From contig NC_058368.1 in assembly GCF_018350175.1 (NCBI RefSeq), forward strand, positions 181,414,001-181,478,000: a DNA stretch of 64,000 bases, given 5' to 3'. The first letter of the stretch is position 1; every line of letters begins with the position of its first letter. Positions 12,883 to 24,733 of the stretch are shown one piece after another. Both the position numbers and the translations under genes were made by a program. The notes below the pieces were generated by a model. It was not told the DNA's origin. It made no database searches and was given only the letters and a program-made list of their open reading frames with translations. Origin of the DNA: Felis catus. Its lineage: Eukaryota.

Positions 12883-14957
12883 GTCCTACATCATGCTCTT
12901 GGTTAGAATGTCAAGTCCTGGTAGTAAGATTAACTGAATACTGGTCTTATTCCAGAGTTTTGTATATAGTTAACATGAAATTTAAAATATATCAACATAA
13001 CATTTATCAAAATATTTATAGATGTTATTTCTGGAATTTCAGTGAGTTTTAGCTTTCATTATACTCTTGTAAATTATTTGACTTTTAAAAATTGAGCACA
13101 TATAATTTTTATTATTGGCAAATAGAAATCTGATTGCATTTTGGAAAAAAAATAAAACAAACAAAAAAAACCCTCAAAAGTGTGACATTTACAGAGGTGG
13201 CAGGATCTCAGTACCTTTCCTAGGGAGAATATACATACACACAGACACACATAATATATACATACACACAATATATACACAAGTAGGAGCGTGCACATGC
13301 GCGCGCGCACACACACACACACACACCCTAATCTACAAAAAAAAAAAAAGATAAAACCTACAGTTTTCAGCCCAACCTGCTTAGTTGTCCCCAATAAATT
13401 CACTGTTTCAAATCTTACTTTCCTTATCTGTAGGTTCAGAAGATTGGGCTAGAATCATAGTTAAAGGACTTTTAAAAGACTGGATAGTCTCAAAAGTTTA
13501 GTCCAGCTCTATATGCTATACTAATGTAAATCCTCCTTTCAGAATGTGAAGGAGAAAAAGGCCAAATATAAGTCACTTTTCTATGTGAGGGTCATTTCGA
13601 TGACACCAGAACAAACTGAAGGGTGTTGGACAAGGTGCTTAAAGTTGCGGGGCCACTTGGTCAAAATGCCTCCGCTACAGTTTTACATTTTTAAATGATA
13701 TCATATTACATAATGATAGCACATGGCCATTTCTATTCTGCAAATTATGCCAGCTAAAGGAAATACCCTGGTATTTATGAGATGCTTAGTGCATCTGTCA
13801 CCATGACCTTATGGCCCAAATCAAAGTGATCGGAGCTATTAAAATGATTTCCCTATTTGGCTGAATTTTAAAGACTATAGTTTTGAAGTCAGTGGCAGAT
13901 GACCTACTAATGGTATTTAATGGTTCTCTCAACAAATTGTGAAGTACCTTGAATGACCCACTAGTTAAGTACATAAAAGGAAAATTCCAGCTTGAAACAT
14001 CAAATCTTTCATTCCCTCCTGTTTTTCTTTTGGACAACAGCATTTTATTTTCCACCTTCAAGGAGGAATGGGGAGAGTAACAAAGGGAGTAAAAAGGGAA
14101 TTAAAATTTCTTGAGCACTGATCTAAACATGTGATATGAACCATGGTATCTGATCTTCACAAAACCACAAAAGAAGAAAATTTTATCTTCATTTTGCAAA
14201 TGAGGAAAAGGTGAAGAGAATTTGCATAACTGAGGTCACATAGCCAGAGAGTACTGCTGTGAAATTTGAATGGCATCTATCTGAATCTAGAGTCCAAGTG
14301 TTTTCATGATGCTTCCCAGAAAGAGAAAAATGCTCACATTATGCCTCCTTGATGTAGGTGGGTAAAAGGGACAAGATGGGACCCGGAATCTGCTAAAGCT
14401 GGGATGTAACACGTGGTGAGCCCTTTAGACATGCTCTTCGGGTTTCATGTCTGTGTTAGTTTATTTGTTTTTTACAAATGTTTTTCAGCACTTAAATAAG
14501 TGAGCTCATGAACAAGTAAATCAAAGAGAATCGAGAAGTTATAAAAGCCAAGGCAAGAGATTCAATGTCCAGGCAGACTTTAAGGGGAAATAAACAAACA
14601 AAGGGTTAAACAGGAAATGCCACCTTGAGCTGAAATACAAGAAAACCATAACACAAAGAAGGCACAGATAACAGAATAAATTGCCCAAACTAGCCTTAGC
14701 TGCCTTTATTTCCTCTACCTTAGCAAACAACCTAATCATGGGCCTGGAAACAATTGTCTGAGGAACCAAAATCAAGGAAAGTTAGAGCATACAAATTCCT
14801 GCCAAATAATTTTGTCACCCTGGGAGTTGTGATAAGTCCTACAAGGCTCATGTCTGCAGGAGGGGAAAAAATGTCCCCACTCTACATAACATTAACTTCA
14901 ATATAACTTCTGGGTGATCCCTGCCTATCAGCCTCCACATAGAAAACAGGAAAAAGG

Positions 14958-14960
<3 letters not shown>

Positions 14961-15008
<48 letters not shown>

Positions 15009-15015
15009 GACAGAG
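14961..15015. repeat. (GA)n microsatellite
   Basis: Read directly from the sequence. Confidence 0.95.
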
Positions 15016-16258
15016 AAGCTTGAAGAATAACTCCCATTTCTTTTCCCATCCTGGTGTGAATGTCCCTAAAATGCCCTATTATTTTTTTTCTTTTCCTGTT
15101 TTGATACATTGACCAAATAAATGAGCTTCCATTTTATTGTTGGATTAAATATTTTTCATTTTGTGAATATGGATCACAGCTAGAACTGTAATATAATTTC
15201 TGGTGAAGAGCATCAATTTTTTAAAATACAAGTCTTTTTGACTTACATAGCAATTTTCTAGTCTCTTCTCACTTGCAACAAAGTTCCTTTGAAAATGGAG
15301 AATTTATTTCAGGGGACCTAAATAATCAGGAAGTAGGAACTGTTTATCCTAAGGAGGAGAGTTTAAAGAACAAAACAGGGAATCAGCATTGCAGATGGGT
15401 TTCAGATGTGTTTTTGTCATTATAGGAAGAGGTCCCTCTGAATATAAAAGGGATACTTGAAAATGAAGGTCTGAACAAACCCCAAAAGAAGTTCTTCTAT
15501 AGCGCTACACCCTGAGTGATCTGCCTCTGAGTCCACCCAAAGACAAGGCAAGAACTGGGATGTGTTTTAAGACAGGATTCATCTTCATATTTAAGAATCT
15601 GTTGATCCAGGTTTTTTTCCTGAATGAAGTCCGTTTCCTTTTTTGAGTCCTAACTATATTTTGATGTTTTGGTTTTTGTACTGCCTAGAGCAGTTTTAAT
15701 GCATCAATTTTTTCATACATATTTTAGTTCCATTTGACTATAAGCCTATCCATTCAACAAATATTTTATTGAGTATCACCTATGTGCCAGAAGACAAACA
15801 TTATTAAGACAGACTGAAGACTTGTATCTTACTTGATTTTGATTTTTCTTCATATGATTTATCTTCACATGATAAAAAGAAAATAACTTCTATTTCCTAG
15901 AGCTGCTGTTCGAATCAAATTAGATAATACAAGCTTATGGCCTGAAATATAGTAGTGGACAACACATTTTAACTATCATTTTTGCTAGCAGAGAGCCTGC
16001 CTATAATTCTAAATTATTTTCATAGTAAGATTCTGTAAGGCCTTTAAAACATGCAGATGGGTAAGTTGAGTCTGCTTTCGGTTTTCCCTCCATGGCTTTC
16101 CTAGGCTGTATGGGTAAATGTAAATAACATAATTACATTTATGGAATGATCAATAATGATCATTGCTAACATGGCCTGAGGACTCCTAAATGCCAGGCAA
16201 CAAGTGCCTCTGCATGTGGTTTTTTCATTTGACACTAACAACAGGCCAATGTAAAGTA

Positions 16259-16701
16259 CAGATGGTCCCTGACTTACAAGGGCTTGACTTAATAATTTTT
16301 CTACTTTCTGATGGTGAGAAAGCATTCAGTAGAAACCATACTTGAAATTTTGAATTTGGATCTTCTCCAGAGACAGTGACCACGAGGGGTAAACTGCCAA
16401 CACACTTATAACCATTCTGTACCCACACAACCACTCTGGTTTTCACTTTCAGTACAGCATTTGAAAAACTGGATGAGAAAGTCAACATTTTATTATGCAA
16501 TGGGCTTTGTGCTAGACGATAGTGCCCCAAACTGTGGGCTAATGTAAGTATTCTGAGCATGTTTAAGGTAGGTTAGGTTAGGCAACGATGGTCAGTGTAT
16601 TAAGTACATTAAATGTATTTTCAACTTAGTGATATTTTCAACCTAATACAGGTTTATCAGGATGCACCCCCATGGCATCTCCATCCTGTGAGGGAGATCT
16701 G
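16259..16701. mobile_element. MER47-like (TcMar-Tigger) non-autonomous DNA transposon inserted in a MIR
   Basis: TA|cagatggtccctgacttac...gagatctg|TA termini with TA target duplication. Internal cattcagtagaaaccatactt and ttttcactttcagtacag match the recalled MER47 consensus. Confidence 0.75.
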
Positions 16702-18984
16702 TATTATTAATATCTCCATAAAAACAAAAATAAACTGTAACTTATGGAAATTTTCTAACTTGCCTATAGTCTTACAGCTAAAAAGCAAAACTAGGAGACG
16801 TGACCTCATGGTAAATACACTTAACTACATCATCTTTTACAACAGTGAAACAAAATTCTGCCTGTCCCACAGAAATACTCTTGTTCTAAATCTCCTTTCA
16901 CTGATTGCTCCTTAATGAAGTGAAGTCACCACTCTAAATTCACCAACTGTATACAAATTGATAAATACCTATTTTTAAATGTCTAAACATGTATGGGTTG
17001 GCTAGTATGCATGAGTGCACATATGTGTTCCCCACAGGGAGCTGCAGTGTGGGAACTGACATGGATGTGGGAACTGACCTTAATGGACAAGATGACTTTA
17101 CAAGGCACAGCTAATCATTCTACTGAGAAAATACTTTTTCATTCATTCTCCAGTTGCTCTTTTCTTTTTCAACTTCATGGAAGACAACTGTAAGTAGTCT
17201 CAAAAATGCAATTTACAATTAAAAAAAAATTCACTTTCTAAATAAGTCTCACATGTACAGGTCTCACTTGTTAGATTTCAGTCACTTGTTAGAAAGCAGT
17301 TGATAAGTTGAGGACACACAGAAGAACACGGGATATCACAAATAGCCAAGGACCTAATTTTTCTCAACTGGCGAGTGAGGCTGTGTGGGGAGAGAAGGCG
17401 AATGTTTCTTGAAATGAGAAGCCTGTAAACATGATTTCTAAATAGAAATTATTCTTATAGGTTCAGCTGCCATTGGAAAAATAGTTAGGCTCTATTCTAA
17501 CAATACATCCGCAGAGGCCTTAAAGTTAATTACAGCCTTATATTTACTCTGGCTCTATTATACAGATGAAAAGAAGATGGTTTAATCACTGAGGAGGTTT
17601 TAATGTGCATTTATCTCATTTTCTTCACGCTGTGGGGAAAAAACATACATTTGTATTTTGTAAAAATAATGAACTATTTCATCTACTCTTCAATTATATG
17701 ACATACATTAAGTGAATCCAAGTTATTAGAGTCACCTAATATATGCAGTAAAGCAGTTTTTTGTTTCTCTAATGTGTAACATATCTAAGACTTCTCCATT
17801 CTGAAATGGTTAATTTCAAAGTTTCCCAAGGTACTCTCCTCTGAGCCCCATTACCAACATATGATTGTCACTGCAACATGGCTTTACTGACACATTGGTG
17901 TTAAAAGGCAGTGACAGAGCCAACAGGAGAGAACCGAAGCCATTTATATATACTGTAGAACTACTCTGACAATCCAAAGGAACACGCCATCTGCATTCTG
18001 TGTTGCTGCAACCTACTGAACTGTGGGTTTGCAATTTCAGAATTCAGAATGTCATGCCTGGCTCCACTTTAGGGAGCTCCCACAGCTGCTACTTTTGCTT
18101 CCCTGCTTTCAGAATTCTGATGCTGAAGTTAATATGTGAGGACATCCTTGTGTAGTGATGGAGACATGGCAGTAGGGCATGCTAGAGTACCATATATTTT
18201 TATGTATTTATTTATTCAAGCTGTGTGGCCTTTTCTTCCCCCCTTTCCCTTTGCAACTTATCAACCTGAGCCCTCAGACACTCACACCCACACAATGATC
18301 TCAGCAGGCAAGAAGCAAAAGCAAAAGCAAATGCACTTTAGGAAAGAACAGGAAACCGACACTGAAATGGCCATTACTGGGCATTTCAATTTTACCTGTG
18401 GTTTCAGCTTCTGCTCAAAGTGCATGCAATGAATGTGGCCTGATTACCTTAATTCAGTGATATCGGCAATAATCACAATGACAGGCAGTGCCTAAGAGAT
18501 TGCCCTTGACAGCAGAGTCACAGAAATGGAGATATGGAAAATTTCCGTTGAGCACAACACACAAAAGGAATAATGGAGAGATGCTCAGGGATCCATTTCC
18601 TGGTAGAAGGGTAGATGGTGACAGAGCTGAATTCACTTTGTGATTAACAGTAGGGTTGATGAGTGGATCTTTCACTGGTATCTTCTAGCATTTTCACTCT
18701 CAATTCTATGGGAGGATAAAGGAAGAGCTGAGATATAAAACGACCACAGAGACAGTTTACTGCTGATTTGGCTTAGCATGGGAAAAAGAAACTTCTAAAA
18801 AATGAGTAAGAATCAAATACGAAAATAAAATCAACTGATTTTAAAGGCAAAATATCAAGGACTGTTCCTGGAATAAGAATCATGAGCCAAGGGAAAGGAA
18901 CCTTTCAGGTTACATTGTTGACCACTAAGAGGAAGGAGATTTTCTGCCCTTGATGACCGTGCCATTTTAAATTAGGGAAGCCTA

Positions 18985-19190
18985 GGGATGACTGGGTGCC
19001 TCAGTCGGTTAAACCTCTGACTTCCACTCAGGTCATGATTTCAAGGTTTGTGGGTTCGAGGCCCATATCAGGCTCTGTGCTGACAATTCAGAGCCTGGAG
19101 CCTGCTTTGGATTCTATGTCCCCATCTCTCTCTGCTCCTCCCCCACTTGCACTCTCTCTTTCTCTCTCAAAAATAATAAACACTATTTTT
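18985..19190 (+). mobile_element. Can-SINE
   Basis: gggatgactgggtgcctcagtcggttaa...ctcaggtcatgat. TSD aattagggaagccta / aattagggaaatcta. Confidence 0.9.
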
Positions 19191-19502
19191 TTAATTAGGG
19201 AAATCTACTGAGCTAAGGGGTTTATAGATGAGATAAAAGTCAAGGATTAAGGATATCCCAAGTCATTGATGTAATGGGAAGAATAGCCTAAAAAAATCAC
19301 CAATGGATGATGAGAAGACAGATATAAGAAGACATTGATAGTAAGGAGTGTGAAGAAGAAAGGGGGGGGGGGAATGCATCACCAGATGGCACTCTTTGTT
19401 TTAATTGATTAATTTACTATGGCATTCTCAGAAAGGCATCATTTGCCACAATAAAGCACAACAATTTATAGGCTGCTTTACCTCTGGCCTACACAGGTAT
19501 GA

Positions 19503-19547
19503 CACATCAGAATTCAGAGTGCGATTAGCACATCAGAATTCAGAGTG
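19503..19547. repeat. 19-bp direct repeat with 7-nt spacer
   Basis: cacatcagaattcagagtg at 19503-19521 and 19529-19547. Confidence 0.9.
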
Positions 19548-22292
19548 GATGAAATCCATTTGTTCCAGGCTTTTCTTCATTGCAATATCTCAAAAAATTC
19601 TTAAAAAAAAAAACTTTTAAAAGATAGGAAACTATTAGCTGAGATTAACTAATTCCACTTAACCTGATACCCCTACAGAATTGACTAGAGTTAACTTAAA
19701 TAATACACGCAGGAGTGTACATGTGTGTGAGTAGGTGTAAATGTGGAGATATACTTGTAGCTATGTGTATTCATAGACATATACATAAATATATGTGAAG
19801 GTGTGTGTATATCCATCCCTAACAGAAAATAATACACAGTGAGAGGTTCTCCAATGTACCTCTGATCCCTTCACAGAAAGAAATGAAGAGACACCTAGTT
19901 GTGACTCAGGATCCAATGTTATCTTCCGTTTCATTGGTTGCCTTTAGTCTGCATCATTTGCTGCAGGGTCTTGGTCCTCATACTGCAACTCCTTGTTTGT
20001 GACTCTCTACTGGAATGGACATTTATTTGTATCAGATTTGATATGTCAACTAGAGTTTGGGCAACTCCTCCACCTGTGATTTTCCACAATTCATTCATTC
20101 ATTCATTCATTAATTCCTTCACTCAGCAAGTATTTATGAAGCATGCAGTAGATGACAGGCACTGTTCTATCAGGCCCTATGGGTGGAGTAGTGATTAAGA
20201 GATAAAAACAAAAACAAAAACAAAATACAACCCCCCAACAAAACAAACAAACAAACAAACAAAACAGAACTGTGCCCTTATGGAGTTTATATTCCTGTGG
20301 TATTTTTACAAGTAAAAAGCATGAAGCCTGATAAAGGGGTACAGGGGGTGAGTGGAAAGGGGATCACATGCAGCTTTTCAGTTTTACGGAGTAGGCAGGT
20401 CTGTACCCAGGGATGGTCTGTTCACTTCAGCTGTGCCCTCTATTTGTTAGGCTCTTTATCTTTCTCTGTTTTTCCCTCCTCTTTGCTTGGGAACAGGAGG
20501 TATCATATAGCTTGTGCAATACTAATAGGAAGGGTCCATTTTTAAGTTTATTAGTACTTGAAAAAACATCATCCCCACTCTGCCGGTTACTGACTTTGTA
20601 ACAGTTCTCTAAACACGTTCTGCATTACTCTTAAATGTTCCTTTCAATAGCATATTCATCCTGTGAGGACCTTCATCTAAGCCAAACTTAATCTCAATTC
20701 TGTGGAGATCTCAAAAATCTGCTAACAGAAAATTACAGCATCATATGCTGGTCACCTTACACGTTACCACTTGTCAAAGAATGAGACATAGAAAGCCAAA
20801 TTAATGGAGAAAAATGGTCATGTTCTTTAATTACCTATGAAATTATTGGGACAGACTGGTTAAAAATAAGTTAACAACCATATGGTACCATCTTACCTAT
20901 TAATTTTGCAAAAATTATAAAATCGTGATGCAATCTGATGTGGCGCAGCTTGTAGTTGAATTACAACGGTACCTAAATTACGGGTGGTAGTGTAAAATCA
21001 TAAAAGCCATTTGATCATTCTCTTTCACACATTAATCCATTTCGGGAAACTCATTCTAAATACATATGCAGTTGTTTATTGAATATTATCTATTTTAGTA
21101 CAAAATGACAATGGTCTAATTACTTACTATGCAATGAATGGTTAAGTAAAAATTCATACATCAATCCAGTGTGTGGCATTTGGTGATTAAAAAGGAAATC
21201 GTTGAGGGTATATAAGTCTGATGGATAATTGGAAAAAAGGATGCAAAAGTATAACTATTCTATGTAAAGATGTACCCACATGGATGAGATGAGACCTAAA
21301 ATAAAAATGGAAAAATAAAAATTTGATTTGTCAAGATGGGTAATATACAAATGTATATGTTATTAATGTATATTAATATAATACATATAATGTACATAAT
21401 AACAATTTATGTACCAAAATAATTTCAGGTAATAAAATATTATTATTGCTCTAATATTATCACTATTATTAAAAATATAATTTTAGTGCTTGATGCAAGA
21501 AAATTATTGACCAAGCCTATGAAATTGTATTAGATGGCAAATGTCCCACTTTTTGCTAAGTGTGTCATATCATCTTTAAGATGACATCTATCTCATCTTA
21601 TGTAAAGATTCCAGGGCTTCTAACTATATTAAATCACATATTAAACATATTTTCTCATTTCTCCAAATTCAAGATTTTAATTCTCTTTAATGCCCTATTT
21701 TAATTGGAATGTTGCTAAATCCGTTGACAGTCTTACCAACCATTTTAACAGCCTTTTAATTTGTCGTCTAGAAAATTATAACTCTTCATTAACTTTAGGA
21801 GACACAGCATTGCAGTTGTGATATATCATTCCTCATTTTATTAACAATCTACTTAATGAAATTCAGGCTTCGAGCAGATGATGGTGATAATGTAAGCACT
21901 TGCCCTGGATTTTTTTTTTGCCTTTAACAAAATTAAGAATTTACTGATAAGCATAATAGGAGAACAAACATTCAATTCCTCAGGAGTGCAAGAAGCAAAA
22001 TCCTAAAGACAGAGATTTTTGAGTCCTCATATGTATAATTAATATCCACAAATTGTTTTCTAAAATGTTCAATGTCTTTACAACGCCCTTTGCCACTGTA
22101 AGGTAATACTGAAAGGTTATGTCAGTCCCTCAATATTTATAAACATAAGTCACTTGGCTCAAAAATGGGGGATGACATAATCTGGTAGAGGATCTTAGTG
22201 AGCATGAAAATGACAATGAGGGCAGAAAGAAAGTGGAGAAGAAAGGACATTCCTTTGAGGATAAGTCTGGAGGTCTTTACTCTGAATAGCAT

Positions 22293-22400
22293 TCACCTGA
22301 TTTAAATATAGTTGTAGTTCTCACTCAACAGATTTCACCTACATTTAATATAGTCACCTACATTTAAATATAGTTGTAGTTCTCACTCAACAGATTTCAC
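22293..22400. repeat. Complex duplication (39-bp repeat with a templated spacer)
   Basis: atttaaatatagttgtagttctcactcaacagatttcac at 22300-22338 and 22362-22400. Confidence 0.92.
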
Positions 22401-24511
22401 AAACTGTGGTATTAGTAATGTGAAATTAAAGACTAGATGTATTCAAAGATCTAACAAGTCAAGTGAAGAGCTGGGACTGAGTCCAGTCAGAAGCAGAGAT
22501 AGACAGGGAGAGTGATCTGAGAGGGATCTTATCTTAACGATCAATGGTCCCTTCCTTGGCCTCATTTTAGGAGAAAACGGAGGCTTACACAGGGTAAGTG
22601 ACATGTCAAGGTGACAAAGTAAATTAGTGTCAGAGTCCAAGTTAGGGTCAAGGCTTCATGAGGACAGTGTTGGCCTCTCACCAGGGTCCTGTCCAGTAGC
22701 ATATATGCTCATGGCTTAGCTGCTGAACCCTCCACAAATGTCATGCTTTATCCTGCATCACCTTGGCAGCATCATCCAAAAACTAGAGATGGTTATGAAA
22801 GATAGTTTCAGAGGGAAAAAGCATCTCTCACGAGTTTTTTTTTTTTTCCTTTTGTTCAGGTTTATGTAGCAAACATTGTAACACACTGAGATTAATTTTC
22901 ACATAAGACCTATTTTTCCCATGGGAATCAGACATCATTTCATTTTTTGTTCCTTTCTCATATCATGACACTGCCCTCCCTAGGGATGATTTGTTGTATA
23001 GGTGGAAAGCTGCCCACAGACACATTCAAAATGAGACAGAAAAATCGAGCAAGTCTTGCCTTTGTCTCTTGACTCCATCTTTTCTGTTCTGGGCATTTGT
23101 GTATTTTGGACCGAAATTCAGGAGCTCCTTTTAAAATAAGTCTAAACAATACCTTACAGTTAAGGTAAATGGAGACTAATAGTACAGCAGATTACTAGAT
23201 GGCCTACAGTATTTATTGTTAATTGTTCTAATAGTCATTTGATTAAAATACACCACAACCAGTCCCAACCAAATCACTTAACTCTATGCACAAACTCTTT
23301 AAATAATTTAATGCACATTTAGCATATGTGATTTTTGTATATGTTCATGAACATAAATATACAAACTTATTTATGTATTTACAAATTTATAAACATATAA
23401 TTTTTAATATTTTAATATATGCACTTTGTTCTGTGATTTATATAACATACATATTTAATATGTGTATATTTATGCACATATGCATATGTATATAACTATA
23501 TACATGTGTATGGTCAAGTGAAAAAATTAAGAGTATATTCATGCTACCATTTCAATTATTGTAGGATTTAGTAATTATGATGCCATTGCAAAAAACGTGA
23601 AGTCTAAGGGGTAGTCATTTGACCTTTTAATCCCCTTTAATTGGACTTTAGAGAAATGAGACATAGGATCCCTACAATCATAACATTTAAAATTGGTTTA
23701 ACAAAACATCATTGTAACAATATGGTACACTATATAGCATATGATGTTGGGATAAGATTTGTAAGGGGAATTTTATTTTAAGAAGTATTTTTGATTTCTG
23801 ATGCATGCCTAAAACATTTAAAATTGTATTAAATTACAGTTTGTTATTTTTTCTCTTGACATTAGCATACCAAGACTCACAAACTTATTCGGGGGAAATT
23901 AGTGTCATCCACAAAAATTTATGTAGAATGATGGTTAGTGAAGCACCATAATAACCAAAAATACACAAAAACTAAAATTCTACTGGAAAAAAAACGATTC
24001 AGAGGAAAGGATAGTGTGGATATATCCCCGTGACAATGACATACAGTTAATGAAATCTTATTCCAGAAGAATATTTCAAGAAAAAAAGAAAACATTCATG
24101 ATGTGATAAGTAAAAAGAACAGAGTACTAAAAGTACACATAATTCCAATTTTGAAAACATATTACATATATGCACAAGGAGCTGAAAGGCCAGAAAATAA
24201 ACACACTAAAATGATAATAACAACTGCTGTGGAGACATAAGATGATACGTTGTTATAATTTTCTTCTTTATATATTTGTCATTCTCAAATTCTTTACAAT
24301 AGAAATGAATTGTTTTTATAATAAAAAAGAATGCAATCCAAGTAATTTAAAAAGGCTCTTAAAGGCTGACTCCCAAATTATCCAAAAGCCCATGTAGCAG
24401 CCTGAGCCCTATTCCCCTTCTGAATGAAGCTTGATTATATCACTGTATTCAAAAGTCCAGGATCCCCCAAAGGCCGGGCCAAACCAGGCACTAATGAATT
24501 TGCTATTTTCT

Positions 24512-24733
24512 TTTTTTAAAAATTTTTTTTTCAACGTTTATTTATTTTTGGGACAGAGAGAGACAGAGCATAAACGGGGGAGGGGCAGAGAGAGAGGGAG
24601 ACACAGAATCGGAAGCAGGCTCCAGGCTCTGAGCCATCAGCCCAGAGCCCGACGCGGGGCTCGAACTCACGGACCGCGAGATCGTGACCTGGCTGAAGTC
24701 GGACGCTTAACCGACTCGCCACCCAGGGGCCCC
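24512..24733 (-). mobile_element. Young SINEC_Fc-type Can-SINE
   Basis: Many intact CpGs (cccgacgcggggctcgaactcacggaccgcgagatcgtgacc). Short TSD attttct at 24505-24511 / 24735-24741. Confidence 0.95.
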
